Below are positions 27,274 through 39,500 of a stretch of DNA of 64,000 nt, piece by piece. The DNA is from Haliotis rubra (Eukaryota): NCBI RefSeq assembly GCF_003918875.1, contig NW_025765403.1:1364001-1428000 (forward strand). The letters are read 5' to 3'. Both the position numbers and the translations under genes were made by a program. Every line of letters begins with the position of its first letter. Within the stretch, counting starts at the first letter, position 1. A model generated the notes under the pieces. That model ran no database searches, was not told where the DNA came from, and worked only from the letters and a program-made list of their open reading frames with translations.

Positions 27274-28359
27274 AGGTCCTTAGATTGTACTGTCGGCTTA
27301 ACTAGAATTCTCTCTCTAAAAGATAGAATAACAATATATCCACGAGCTTAACCTTTCAGTACAGCCTTGGATCAAGGCTAGGCTACACCATATAGCTATA
27401 GTCATTAAATGAATGAACGAACGAATGAATGAATGGGACCCCATATACATGTAGCTATAGCTTTTACATGAATGAATGAAGGAACGAATGAATGGGACTG
27501 AATAAATGAGATACTCGTTCATCCTTGAATTGATCATTACGAAATAATGCAAAAATCCGACATTTTGCAACAAATCTCAGGCTTTTTACTGAAGCTTAAA
27601 CAGATGGATGAATAAACGAATACTATGAATATTTAAATAAATTAAATTTCGATGATGTGTGGACAAACAAACACCAATTAGTAAGCGTTGCCTGGCAGAG
27701 ACCCAAGCTGAAACACACGCCTAACCACAACGTATACCAGGTCATTTTGACACGACTTGACATAGAGAGTCGGAAATAGATGACAGGTTTGTATAGGCCT
27801 GGAGTGTCATTGTGTGGGCTCCGGTCACAGACTGCACGTATTCCATCACATTGGTTGCCGCGTATATCTGTTATGCGTTTACGATTATCGTTAAGAAATA
27901 GATACATTAAGATATATCATATGTACATCCTGAAACTCGTAATTTTATGATTTATTATTGATGAATAATTCCAGTGAAACACATTCAGAAAGTTTGTCTA
28001 TATATTTACAAAGCTTTTATTCTCAGAAAGAATGTACTAATACCCCTACATGAATATTTATTGTACCGCAGGCCTGTGGCCTTTCAGTGTTACATAAAGA
28101 CTGATACAACGTGCATGTGATACATGCTTGTGTGCTGCGAGGTAGTGGAGTCTTGTGGGTGTTGTGACTGTTGTATGGCTAGAGATGTTGTGTTGTGTAC
28201 ATTGTATTGTGCTGTATAGCGTAGTCTTGTGTTAGTAAGGTGTAGCTTGTGTTGTAGAATTGCACAAGTCTCGAAGGCAATAATGGATAGTTTACATCCA
28301 TGGGCTTAGCATTCAGTATACAGTCTTGGAGCAACGCTACGTGTGTAGCGGCTTCGTGC

Positions 28360-30855
28360 TTTGTGTGGTATAGTGAAGTGTAGTGTGTGTTGTGTGGTAT
28401 AGTAAGGTGTAGTGTGTATTGTGTGGTATATTGAGGTGTTGTGTGTGTTGTGTGGTATATTGAGGTGAAGTGTTTGTTGTGTTATATAGTGAGTGTTGTG
28501 TGGTATAGTGAAGTATAGTGTGTTGTGTGGTATAGTGAGGTGTAGTGTGTGTTGTGTGGTATATTGAGGTGTAGTGTGTGTTGTGTGGATTATTGAGGTG
28601 AAGTGTTCGTTGTGGTATATAGTGAGTGTTGTGTGGTATAGTGAGGTGTAGTGTTTGTTGTGTGGTATATTGAGGTGTTGTGTGTGTTGTGTGGTATATT
28701 GAGGTGAGGTGTTTGTTGTGTTATATCGTGAGTGTTGTGTGGTATATTGAGTGTAGTGTGTGTTGTGTGGTATAGTGAGGTGTAGTGTGTGTTGTGTGGT
28801 ACAGTGAGGTGTAGTGTTTGTTGTGTGGTATAGTGAGGTGTAGTGTGTGTTGTGTGGTATATTGAGGTGTAGTGTGTGCTGTGTGGTATAGTGAGGTGTA
28901 GTGTGTGGTATAGTGAGGTGAAGTGTTTGTTGTGTGGTATAGTGAGTGTTCTGTGGTATAGTGAGGTGAAGTGTTTGTTGTGTTATATAGTAAGTGTTGT
29001 AGGGTATGGTGAGGTGTAGTGTGTGTGTTGTGTGGTATAGTCGAGGTGTAGTGTGAGTAGTGTGGTATTTTAGAGGTGAAGTGTTTGTTGTGTTATATAG
29101 TGAGTGTTGTGTGGTATAGTGAGGTGTAGTGTGTGTTGTGTGGTATATTGAGGTGTAGTGTGTGTTGTGTGTATTTGGAGGTGAAGTGTTTGTTGTGTTA
29201 TATCGTGAGTGTTGTGTGGTATAGTGAGGTGTAGTGTGTGTTGTGTGGTATAGTGAGGTGTGGTGTGTGTTGTGTGGTATATTGAGGTGAAGTGTTTGTT
29301 GTGTTATATCATGAGTGTTGTGTGGTATAGTTAGGTGTAGTGTGTGTGTGTGTGGTATATTGAGGTGGAAGTGATTGTTGTGTGTGTATATTGAGGTGAA
29401 GTGTTTGTTGTGGTATATAGTTAGTGTTGTGTGGTATAGTTAGGTGTAGTGTGTGTTGTGTGGTATATTGAGGTGAAGTGTTGTGTTATGTGGTATAGTG
29501 AGGGTGAAGTGTTTGTTGTGGTATATAGTGAGTGTTGTGTGGTATAGTGAGGTCTATTGTGTGTTGTATGGTATATTAGAGGTGATGTGTTTGTTGTGTG
29601 GTGTGTGTTGTGTGGTATAGTGGTTGTGTGGTATAGTGAGGTGTAGTGTGTGTTGTGTGGTACAGTGAGGTGTAGTGTTTGTTGTGTGGTATAGTGAGGT
29701 GTAGTGTGTGTTGTGTGGTATATTGAGGTGTAGTGTGTGCTGTGTGGTATAGTGAGGTGTAGTGTGTGGTATAGTGAGGTGAAGTGTTTGTTGTGTGGTA
29801 TAGTGAGTGTTCTGTGGTATAGTGAGGTGAAGTGTTTGTTGTGTGGTATTTGGAGGTGAAGTGTTTGTTGTGTTATATCGTGAGTGTTGTGTGGTATAGT
29901 GAGGTGTAGTGTGTGTTGTGTGGTATAGTGAGGTGTGGTGTGTGTTGTGTGGTATATTGAGGTGAAGTGTTTGTTGTGGTATATAGTGAGTGTTGTGTGG
30001 TATAGTTAGGTGTAGTGTGTGTTGTGTGGTATATTGAGGTGAAGTGTTTGTTGTGTGGTATATTGAGGTGAAGTGTTTGTTGTGGTATATAGTGAGTGTT
30101 GTGTGGTATAGTTAGGTGTAGTGTGTGTTGTGTGGTATATTGAGGTGAAGTGTTTGTTGTGTGGTATAGTGAGGTGAAGTGTTTGTTGTGGTATATAGTG
30201 AGTGTTGTGTGGTATAGTGAGGTCTATTGTGTGTTGTGTGGTATAGTGAAGTGAAGTGTGCGTTGTGTGGTATAGTTAGTGCTGTGTGGTATAGTGAGGT
30301 GTAGTGTTTGTTGTGTGATATAGTGAGTGTTGTATGGTATAATGAGGTGTAGTGTGTGTTGTGTGGTATATTGAGGTGAAATGTTTATTGTGTTATATAG
30401 TGAGTGTTGTGTGGTATAGTGAGGTGTAGTGTGTGTTGTGTGGTATATTGAGGTGTAGTGTGTGTTGCTCGGTATATTGAGGTGAAGTGTTTGTTATGTT
30501 ATATAGTGAGTGTTGTGTGGTATAGTGAGGTGTAGCGTGTGTTGTGTTGTATATTGAGGTGAAGTGTTTGTTGTGTAATATAGTGAGTGTTGTGTGGTAT
30601 AGTGAAGTGTAGTGTGTTGTTTGGTATAGTGAGGTGTAGTGTGTGCTGTTAGGTATATTGAGGTGAAGTGTTTGTTGTGTTACATAGTGAGTGTTGTGTG
30701 GTATATTGTGTGGTGTTGGGTGTGTTGTGTGTTTGTTGTAGTATATTGTGGGTATATGAAGTGTTTTTGTGTGGTATATTGAGGTGTTGTGTTTTTTGTG
30801 GTATATTGAGTGTTGTGTGGTATAGTGAGGTGGAGTGTGTGCTGAGTGGTATAGC
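28360..30855. repeat. GT-rich minisatellite (~29-bp and ~21-bp unit variants)
   Basis: Dozens of gtgttgtgtggtata(g/t)tgaggtg(t/a)agtgt units. Confidence 0.95.
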
Positions 30856-31139
30856 GATGTTTAATGTGTGTTGTACTGTGTCCTTCAGTAATGAACTCCC
30901 ACTTAAAAATCGCACACGGCTGTGTAAAACGATTGAGCGAAGGTGTTGTAATAGCATGGCGTCAGATGTACCCCTGTAACTCGAAACGTTGTTCTCATAC
31001 CTGGACGAGTCTTGAGATCGATTGTATCGCCTCCTACAGGGTCTACCCTAACCAGTCCTACGCATCATAAAATTCTCCGCACGCATACTTCACTGACACA
31101 TGTCAAAGAACACAACGAAACCCTGACTATTAAAGCTGT

Positions 31140-31270
31140 ACAAAAGCAAAACCAAACCGAAAGTAGGCACCCGTGCACATTTTACTAGTAACATTACATC
31201 AGCTGTATTTCCCAGTAACGTCGCCAGTTCTCGGAAACAGGAAGTGCAGTTGCGATAGGGGACTTCTTAG
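31140..31270 (+). promoter_or_regulatory. Putative promoter of ZNFX1-A with ISRE-like, GAS, ETS and kB-like sites
   Basis: AAACCGAAAGT 31154-31164, TTCTCGGAA 31228-31236, CAGGAAGTG 31238-31246, GGGGACTTCT ~31258; followed by CAG|GTAGT donors at 31369 and 31412. Confidence 0.55.
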
Positions 31271-31332
31271 TCGTTTAACGTCTCATTCAGCAATATTCCA
31301 ACTATAAGGAGAGCGGGGTGGTTGACGGGGCC

Positions 31333-31420
31333 ACTCTCCGTGGACAAGACTAATCGGACACATTGCAGGTAGTCTACTCTCCGCGGACAAGACTAATCGG
31401 ACACATTGCAGGTAGTCTAC
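31333..31420 (+). repeat. 43-bp tandem duplication containing a splice donor
   Basis: actctccg(t/c)ggacaagactaatcggacacattgcaggtagtct x2. Confidence 0.9.
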
Positions 31421-31845
31421 AAAATATATGTACACTATCAACCTGAACATAGAATTTCATGGTTCATTTCACATAAGCTCAGGCTAGTCTTGTGCCTGGT
31501 TTCATGGCGGATTTTCAAATTATTTCTTTATTCTCATAAACCACTTTGGTGGTACTAGCGCATATATTCTAAACATATATAAAAATACAAATTCAAATTC
31601 AAGATGTTTTTGCAGATAATATTTTCGTAAACTTTGTTTCATTGGGAAAAGAGGTTAGATCGGTGGGTAAATATTGTTTCCTCACAGTATCTAGTGCTTT
31701 GCAATGACAAATATAATGCTATTCTTCTCCGATGTTTTTAGAAATGCATAATTCGTACATCTCTTGAGGGTAAGCTGGACTACATCACATGCTGTAATCC
31801 ATGTGTAGCAGCCGTGAACGGTGGATCAGCAGTGTACATATGTTA

Positions 31846-31949
31846 GTTACACAGTGATTTGAAAGGGTGTACAGGATTGCAAGACCCTTGTAAATCCGTA
31901 TTTACTTGGGTCTTACAGTCCCGTACACCCTTTCAAAACACCATGTAAC
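31846..31949. repeat. Palindromic element
   Basis: gttacac...tttgaaagggtgtac...aagaccc / gggtctt...gtacaccctttcaaa...gtaac. Confidence 0.75.
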
Positions 31950-33669
31950 GAATTTATTACTCCTAAGATCTATTTATTTAGCTTATCTTTAAAAATATTA
32001 CATTCAGTAGAAAATAACAAAAAAGGACAATAAACTTGTATGTTTGATCGGACAGTCAACAACGGTATAAAGGGACATCACTCGTGATGGCTTAGTTTAT
32101 CATCAAATGATCGAATTTGAGTTTGTATTTTGTTAAACGACAAATGAAATACAGAAACATTATATTATATATATTTTTTATTGGCACAAACAAATTGGAA
32201 ATTATGGCAACCAGTTTATTACTCTGTTTATACTAATAATTGTATACGTCAACCCTAACATTTCGAAGCGATCAGCAGTTAGCCAGTTACATTCAATCTA
32301 GAACAACGTCTCTGTGAAATGTGCAGTGTCTTAGACGATGAGCAACACCATATAATATCATGTACCAAGTATAACGAAGAAAGGGAATCACTTATACACA
32401 CAATGCTATATTATGACCAAGAATTTACTACACTCTCAAAAAAAAAAAGAACAATTCTTAATAATTTTCACGAACAGAAGTCCTGAATTAATTTCCAAAA
32501 TATGTCACCATATCTTTACAACTTTAAATGAATGTTATATCTTACCATAGTCTCCTTATATATTATTTCCATGTCATTATACCACATGATTTCTAAAAAA
32601 ATTGTTATAATGTACATCATTTAGGTGTGAAATGTATCTATATTTCTTGTACCTACTGTGTAAATATTTGTAGCTTATAGAATATTGCCACTGTTTCTTC
32701 ATGGAATGCTATGCAATAAATATCTTATCTTATCTTATCTTATCTAAGGTCAAGGTCATTTGTACAACTCGCGTAGTGTGTCACTTGATAGATTTGATGG
32801 GATGTACTTCCGTGCACTCTGCAAAATCCGCATACATGCACACTCCGGCACAGCGATGACTTAATATAACATCACTGCCACAGGCTAATTTGCATATCAC
32901 GTGACCGGACTTTTCTCTTGTTTGTAATCAAACGCGCATATTCATAATAAGAATTGACTGGACTCACGAAAGCTTTTCGGCGCTCTTTTCATAATGTTTT
33001 ACATTGTTACATATATATTCTTCCACAACTGCGACAGTAAGGTCTATGACAGTACATATTTAGATATCAAACTGGCTGCATCGTTTGCTCTCCGTCGGCT
33101 TCGATGACAGCACGGAGCCGTACAACCTATGTAAAGAAAGGATCGCTACGCAAATCGAAATAGTGTTACATGTTTTTGGATATTTTCTCAGTGAAACTAA
33201 TTCATTCTATTAAAGATGTTTAGTTAGATGTGTAGACTCGTCAAAAATAAAAGAGTAAAAGAAATCTGTACATTATATTGAATGGACGGTGCAAGATGTG
33301 ACGAATCGTCACATTTTTCTGGCCTGTGGCAGAGGTACTATGCTGGCTTGCCGCATGGAACTCTGGGTAGGAGAGTGGCATACATGGTTTCGTATGCTTT
33401 GGCTATTGACCAATCAGAATTCGACAAATTTATCTTTAGGGTAATAATGGCATTTATAACTTTAATGGCTATTCACTGGGAGTTGTTTGTCGTCATACCA
33501 GTAAGTCCGAGGCAAGGCCATTGCTTAAATTACATTTGTGACGTCATTCTATTGTCTGTTCGCTCCATTACTTTTCAGGAATGGAGCGATGTGTACCAGT
33601 TTCAAAATAAAACCTTCATTTTGTCATTTTGACAACAGAAATATTCCCAATACTTCGAATGTAATTTAA

Positions 33670-34729
33670 AGGTCACATGCAACCAAAAAATCAAACATAA
33701 TTAAAACACAATTATCACTTATTCGTGACATATAATATACATTGCTGGTTATAAAAAAACATATAAACAAAATTATAAGCGTACAATCGCAAATCAAAAG
33801 TGCAATATTGTGTACTTCGGTTTACTTCCCAAGAAACGAAGCAGCCGGGATACCGAACCCAGTCAGAGCGGGTGGGTGTGCACTCAAGTGTAACGGCTGG
33901 TTCATTTGCATATGCCCTCACGGCTTATTGTGTGTGTATATGTAGAGATGTTGGGTTTTTGTAAATACATGCTCATTTTTTGTGTATAACATTTTGCAAT
34001 CAACAGACATCATAACATGTCATGTGTTCAACTATCACACCTGCCTGTCTGTGTAATTACATAATGTGACAGAGGCCGAACTCGGGCCATAAATCAATGC
34101 ATTTTGTTTATGGTGTATAGCCTGATTGGTGTTAAGTTCAAATTGCATGTGGTCAGTGATAGCAGATGTGTATTGAATATTGTCATTAGCAGACAGGCAG
34201 GCAGACACACAGATGTCAATAAAACAAGACATTGAATTTTGTCTGTGACAACGACATATCTATATCACAGTTAGAAATTCTGTCAACGCTAAATAATGAC
34301 GTTGCTTTTAAGTATCGAACTGAGAAAGTGACTCGGTAAGAAGAACATGTGGTGAAATTATATAAACAGTTAATTTACTGTCATAACATATAAAAAGCTC
34401 GCGCCTGCGAGATATCAACAAGACATTAGAAAAATAGCTCACACCAAAGCCTTCACCGAGTATTCACCGGACAACCCGCTTCCAAGTTGCGCGAACCTAT
34501 TTCACTGCGCACGTGCTATGAGCGCAGCCCAGCTGTTGAAACCCGTTTTCCCCAGAAAAGTCTGGGGAAAATTAGTGAAACGTTTGAACTCCGATTTCGT
34601 GCGTTTTTTTTCATCGCGTTATTTTTCAACTTTATAAGTTGAATTTGCATTTTTGACGCTTTGTTTCGGTAAGTCCATACCGAAAGGTATCAGAATCTGC
34701 AAAGTTGTGTTTTACGTTGCATGTGACCT
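33670..34729. mobile_element. Non-autonomous Kolobok-like DNA transposon
   Basis: TTAA TSD on both sides; TIR AGGTCACATGCAAC / GTTGCATGTGACCT. Confidence 0.8.
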
Positions 34730-34736
34730 TTAAGTA

Positions 34737-34845
34737 GGGTAATATCCTCGTAACTCTCCATTCCTTAAAAATAATGTGCCTCGGCCCCTCCGGGGCCTCG
34801 GCTCCATTATTTTTAAGGAATGGAGAGTTACTAGGACATTACCCT
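34737..34845. repeat. Palindromic element
   Basis: agggtaat..cct.gtaactctccattccttaaaaataatg / cattatttttaaggaatggagagttac..ggacattaccct. Confidence 0.85.
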
Positions 34846-35402
34846 CTACTTCTTTATCTGAATTAGCGTCTCTTTGTCTGTCAACCCTCTCTATACAGTA
34901 TATATCTTTACATCTATACTGTCAGGCAAGGTGGTATTCCTACTGCACCAGTATTTACAGCCACAAGTAGGATACACCCTCTTGCTGGACTTGTCTCTTC
35001 ATAGTTAGGTTGGAATCACAGTTCGACTTACGTCTCTGTAATTGTAATTTGTGTATTGTATATCCAACTACAGGCGTTTGGACATATTTTTGTCTTAATT
35101 CCGTGCTAGTTCCACGGTCGACATATACATATAAGCTTGGACAATATGAACTTTATTGCTGTTCTGCGTTTTGCGCGCAATGAACGCCGCTGATAAGATG
35201 GCTTTTCTTTTGCACTGACGTTTTATATTTTCTAGGAAATTGGTCCATGACCTTTTTTCTCATACGTTCAAAGGCATACCCTTGGATAGGTCCTTCTAGT
35301 CTGTTTATTTTCTGATGATGGTGACTATAAAAATAGCATGTTATAGTGGGGAAACAGTATTCTTTTGGCATTGATCTGGCTGTGGTGTGTTGTATTCACG
35401 GA

Positions 35403-35565
35403 GGGGCGGTGGGGTAACCTAATGGTTAAAGCGTCCGCTCGTCACGCTGAAGACCCGGTTCGATTCCCCGCATGGGTACTGTGTGTGAAGTCAGTTTCTG
35501 TCCTCCGCGGCTATATTGCTGGAATATTGCTAAAAGCGACGTAAACCCTTACTCACTCACTCACT
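35403..35565 (+). mobile_element. SINE family A
   Basis: Consensus head, body and (tcac)n tail. Confidence 0.85.
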
Positions 35566-36214
35566 GTTTTCACGAAAGCAGATATTTCTTTGAATAGTCA
35601 GGACGTGTGTATGTATAATACATGCATGCCGATTTTCTGTGCGTGGTGTATTTTCACAATAGAAGTCTGCCAAGCACAGGTGGCTCCCGTCCGTATCACA
35701 CCCAGCACCCGCCCCTTTGCACAGGTAACATGGCATACCAGTGACGTCCTTTCTGTCTGTGTGAGTGCCTCACATGCCACCATATCATTTATGTACCCCG
35801 TCTGAACGAGCCGCAACCCCTACCGGCCACCCCCTCAACCCCAACTCTCTCCTGACAAAAGGAAATGTGGAGTAGCGTGAAGAATATAGAACTCCGGCTA
35901 TGTGAGAGACCTGTTTTGACAGAATCTGGCTAAGTGAGAGGACACCGTAGGATGATATGTTTTACAGTTTTTCAGTTTGAAGTTCGAACTCATTGGTTTT
36001 GATTTTTTTTTGCTATTGCAAATGGGTAAAGTTTGTGTTGCCGTTAGTCTATACTAATATATTGTTTTTCTGGTGATTATTAGAATATTGAAGAAGATTA
36101 TTAAACATGATTGTGTATGTTAACCCTCCTGATATATTTATTTTTACGCATTCAAGGAATACCTATAGTGTAGATTGCTCTTTATTTTCTAGGGAGATGG
36201 TATAACCCAAAGCT

Positions 36215-36258
36215 ATGTCCAGACGTTCCTCAACACCGGGGTTTCTGTTCAACTCAGA
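36215..36258 (+). CDS. ZNFX1: ZNFX1-A first coding exon (MSRRSSTPGFLFNSE...)
   Basis: Acceptor ttttctag at 36192, ATG at 36215, phase-2 donor GA|GTAAG at 36259, which matches the phase of the acceptor ctttcag at 36515. Confidence 0.6.
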
Positions 36259-36515
36259 GTAAGATTTAATTCACGATTCAAGATATTTATTTGTAGAAAG
36301 ATTTCATTTTCATTCGTAACTTTGTAACCACAAACATTCAAGACATTGAATGACATTCAATGAAATCTTGATGCTTATTGCCGTAATACAATCTTGATTT
36401 CAAATGGGTTAAAATATTTCCATAAACATGTAATATGCTGCCATTACATATTAAGAATGTTTATCTGTAACGAATGTGAAATGGACAAAATTCAGATACA
36501 AATATGATCTTTCAG

Positions 36516-39500
36516 AATATCTGCCAGAAGTCATCACTACGAACATGAAGACAACACAGAACAGACACGTCGGTACGATCGTACAGGAGGGTCAGGGCGG
36601 AGGTGGGATGATGATGGTGGCGACCACGAAAGATCTGGAGAAGAAAGGGGAGTCAGAGCATGGTCGACAGACAGATCAATCAGCGGTGAACTAAGATGGG
36701 GAGAAGGAAGAGGTGGATCCAGAGGTCGAGGAAGAGGTAGATACTATGATGACAGAGGCACAGGTCACAGTAGTGGAGGTTTTAGAGGAAGAGGAACAAA
36801 TGTAGAAGGAGAGCGAGGGCATCACAGAGGGGGATACAGAGGAAGAGGAATCTGTGGAGATGGAGCGAGAGGACATCATAGCAGAGGTTATAGAGGAAGA
36901 GGACGAGGAGGCAGAAGAGAGGGACTGAATTTAACCCAACTTGAAGAACTCAGGGAAAAAGACCCTTCCACCATTGTAATGACGCTGGGATTGGAGTCAG
37001 GAATTGGCCTTTTCTTGAATCAAAAATCTCTTAATCAACGTGAGGTGTACACCTTTGTGAGTGTTATAGCCAAAGCATGTCGTTGCACAACTGCTCCTGA
37101 AAGTTTCAACAGAATTCTACTTACTATTCGACAGTCTCAATTTTATGAACATGTATCGGGTGTCTTGGGAAGTAGTATTCGCGGGTTGTCATTAACTGAA
37201 GAAGAAAGAAGAAACTTTCTTGGAGACCTGGCAATATTTATGAAGGAACTTTATATTCGGCTACCTCACTCTGCCATGGAAATGAAGGTTCTCGGTTTGG
37301 AGCATCTCTTGACAAATGAAATTCACAAAATGCAAAGGACATCTGACAACATTCCGCGGGACATTCTGTCAAACATTTCCGCACTCCAGGAACTAAAGGC
37401 TACTGTGCTTGACCAATCAAGGAGCAAGCAGGCAGAGAGGGATGAGCTCAAAGAGGGTGGCCCACCTGATGATTTCAGACATGTATCTATTTTTCCAAAT
37501 GCTGATGATATTCATCCAAGTGAAAAACCATTCCTCAGAAAAAACAAATCAGTTGGCGGCTACAGGGATCTGGACCATTATCTCGATGTACAATTCCGAC
37601 TTCTGAGGGAGGATTTTATTTGTCCCCTGAGAGAAGGCATAGAAGCCTACCTTGTTGCAGAAGCTCCTGGTAAGCGAGGACAGCGTTTGAAGGATATCAG
37701 AGTGTATCATGATGTGCACATTGTTAGGACTTTGTGCTCCAACAATGGTCTACTTCACAGAATATCTTTTGATGTGAGCAATCTTCAACGTGTTAGGTGG
37801 GAAAATTCGAAGAGACTCATTTATGGATCCTTACTTTGTCTATCAAAGGATAATTTTAAGACTCTCTTGTTTGCAACCATCACTGAGCGAGATCCTAAGC
37901 TACTGAGAGAAGGGTGTGTAGATGTACTTTTTGAAGAGTCTGAAGATCTTGACAAGAGGCACTTTGACACAAAGTTTGTCATGGTGGAGACAACAGCTTT
38001 CTTTGAAGCTTATCGTCATGTGCTACGAGGTTTACAAAAGATAAAGGAGGGAGACCTACCATTTGAAAAGTACATTGTTGCATGCAAAAACACTGTCAGT
38101 CCTCCAAAGTATCTCAAGGAGGCAGTGTCAATTGAAGGAAAATCACCAAAGTTTGATCTGCGCCCACTGATTGATGACAAAATTGATTTGCGGGAAGACA
38201 AACACCTACTTTCTCAAGGGCGTGAAGTAAGCTATTTCTTCAGTCATGATTCGAGATGTGGCAAAAGTGTTCATGTCTTGGAAAATAGGGACTGGCCCTC
38301 TCCAGAGACACTCCATGTTGATAATTCACAGTTCCAGGCCCTGAAAACAGCTTTGACAAAGGAGTTTTCAATCATACAAGGTCCACCTGGCACTGGAAAG
38401 ACTTATGTTGGGTTGAAAATTGTCAAAGCTCTTCTTCATAATGACCAGATGTGGAAAAGGCAGCAACTCACACCTATGTTGGTCGTGTGTTACACAAACC
38501 ATGCCTTAGATCAGTTTCTAGAGGGAATAATTAGTTTCTACAAGGGCAGTGTCATCAGAGTAGGCAGCAGAATTTCAAATGAGCAACTTGAACGTTACTC
38601 GTTGAGGGCTAATAGACAAAAGATGAGAAACGACAGGGACAAGGATCGAGATATGAAGAATGTTGGTAAAAGGCGATGGGAGACAAAAAACAGAATGCTT
38701 GAACTTCAGTATCAGATTGAAGAAGTTGGAATGAAATTAGAGGATGCCGAAAAGACAGTTTTGCATGAAGATGTATTGAGGCCATATATGAAAAGTCATT
38801 ATGACACAATATTAGCAACGATGAGAAGAATGCACAGACAACAAGAAACTGAATACCATCACAAGTTGCCATTTCCAATGTCCTTCATAGTAGAATGGCT
38901 TGGAGTTGGCAGCATGGAGGCTACAATTGCAACTTTTGGAGATCAGAGGCAAGACGCATTTGAACAGGAATATGATGAAGAAGTTGAGGAGATTGACGTT
39001 CAAGAAGAGGCAGGGATTGTCCAAGCACAGCGCCGGGTTCATGACATGGATACAGATGACTTCCCCACCAATGAGTTTGAAATTAAACAAAAGAAGATCA
39101 GAGGTCTCCAGAATCAAAGAGATAAATATGTGGCTTTAGATGTTGCCTCGTTTGACAAAAACCAAATGCCGGTAGGAACAGCAACAGGATTTCAATACAC
39201 AAGAAAGGAAAGAAAAAACATTAAGCGTCGAATGTTGAAGCAGCTAAAATCCACACAGAGAATGTGGGAAATGGAAGCACTTCGTGTTAGAGACCCATGG
39301 ATGCTGACCATGGAGGACAGATGGAGGCTTTACAGACACTGGGTGTACAAATTTTGTGAAAAGTTACAGAAGGATATACACGCAAAAGAGCAGAGCTACC
39401 GGGAGGTTGTGGCAGAATACAAAGAGCTGCAAATGAATGAAGACATGCAGATACTACGAGAAGCTACAGTTATTGGCATGACAACTACTGCAGCAGCACG

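Noticed and set aside
30649-31070. ORFs of 68-103 aa
   Set aside because: Translations of the degenerate edge of the GT minisatellite.
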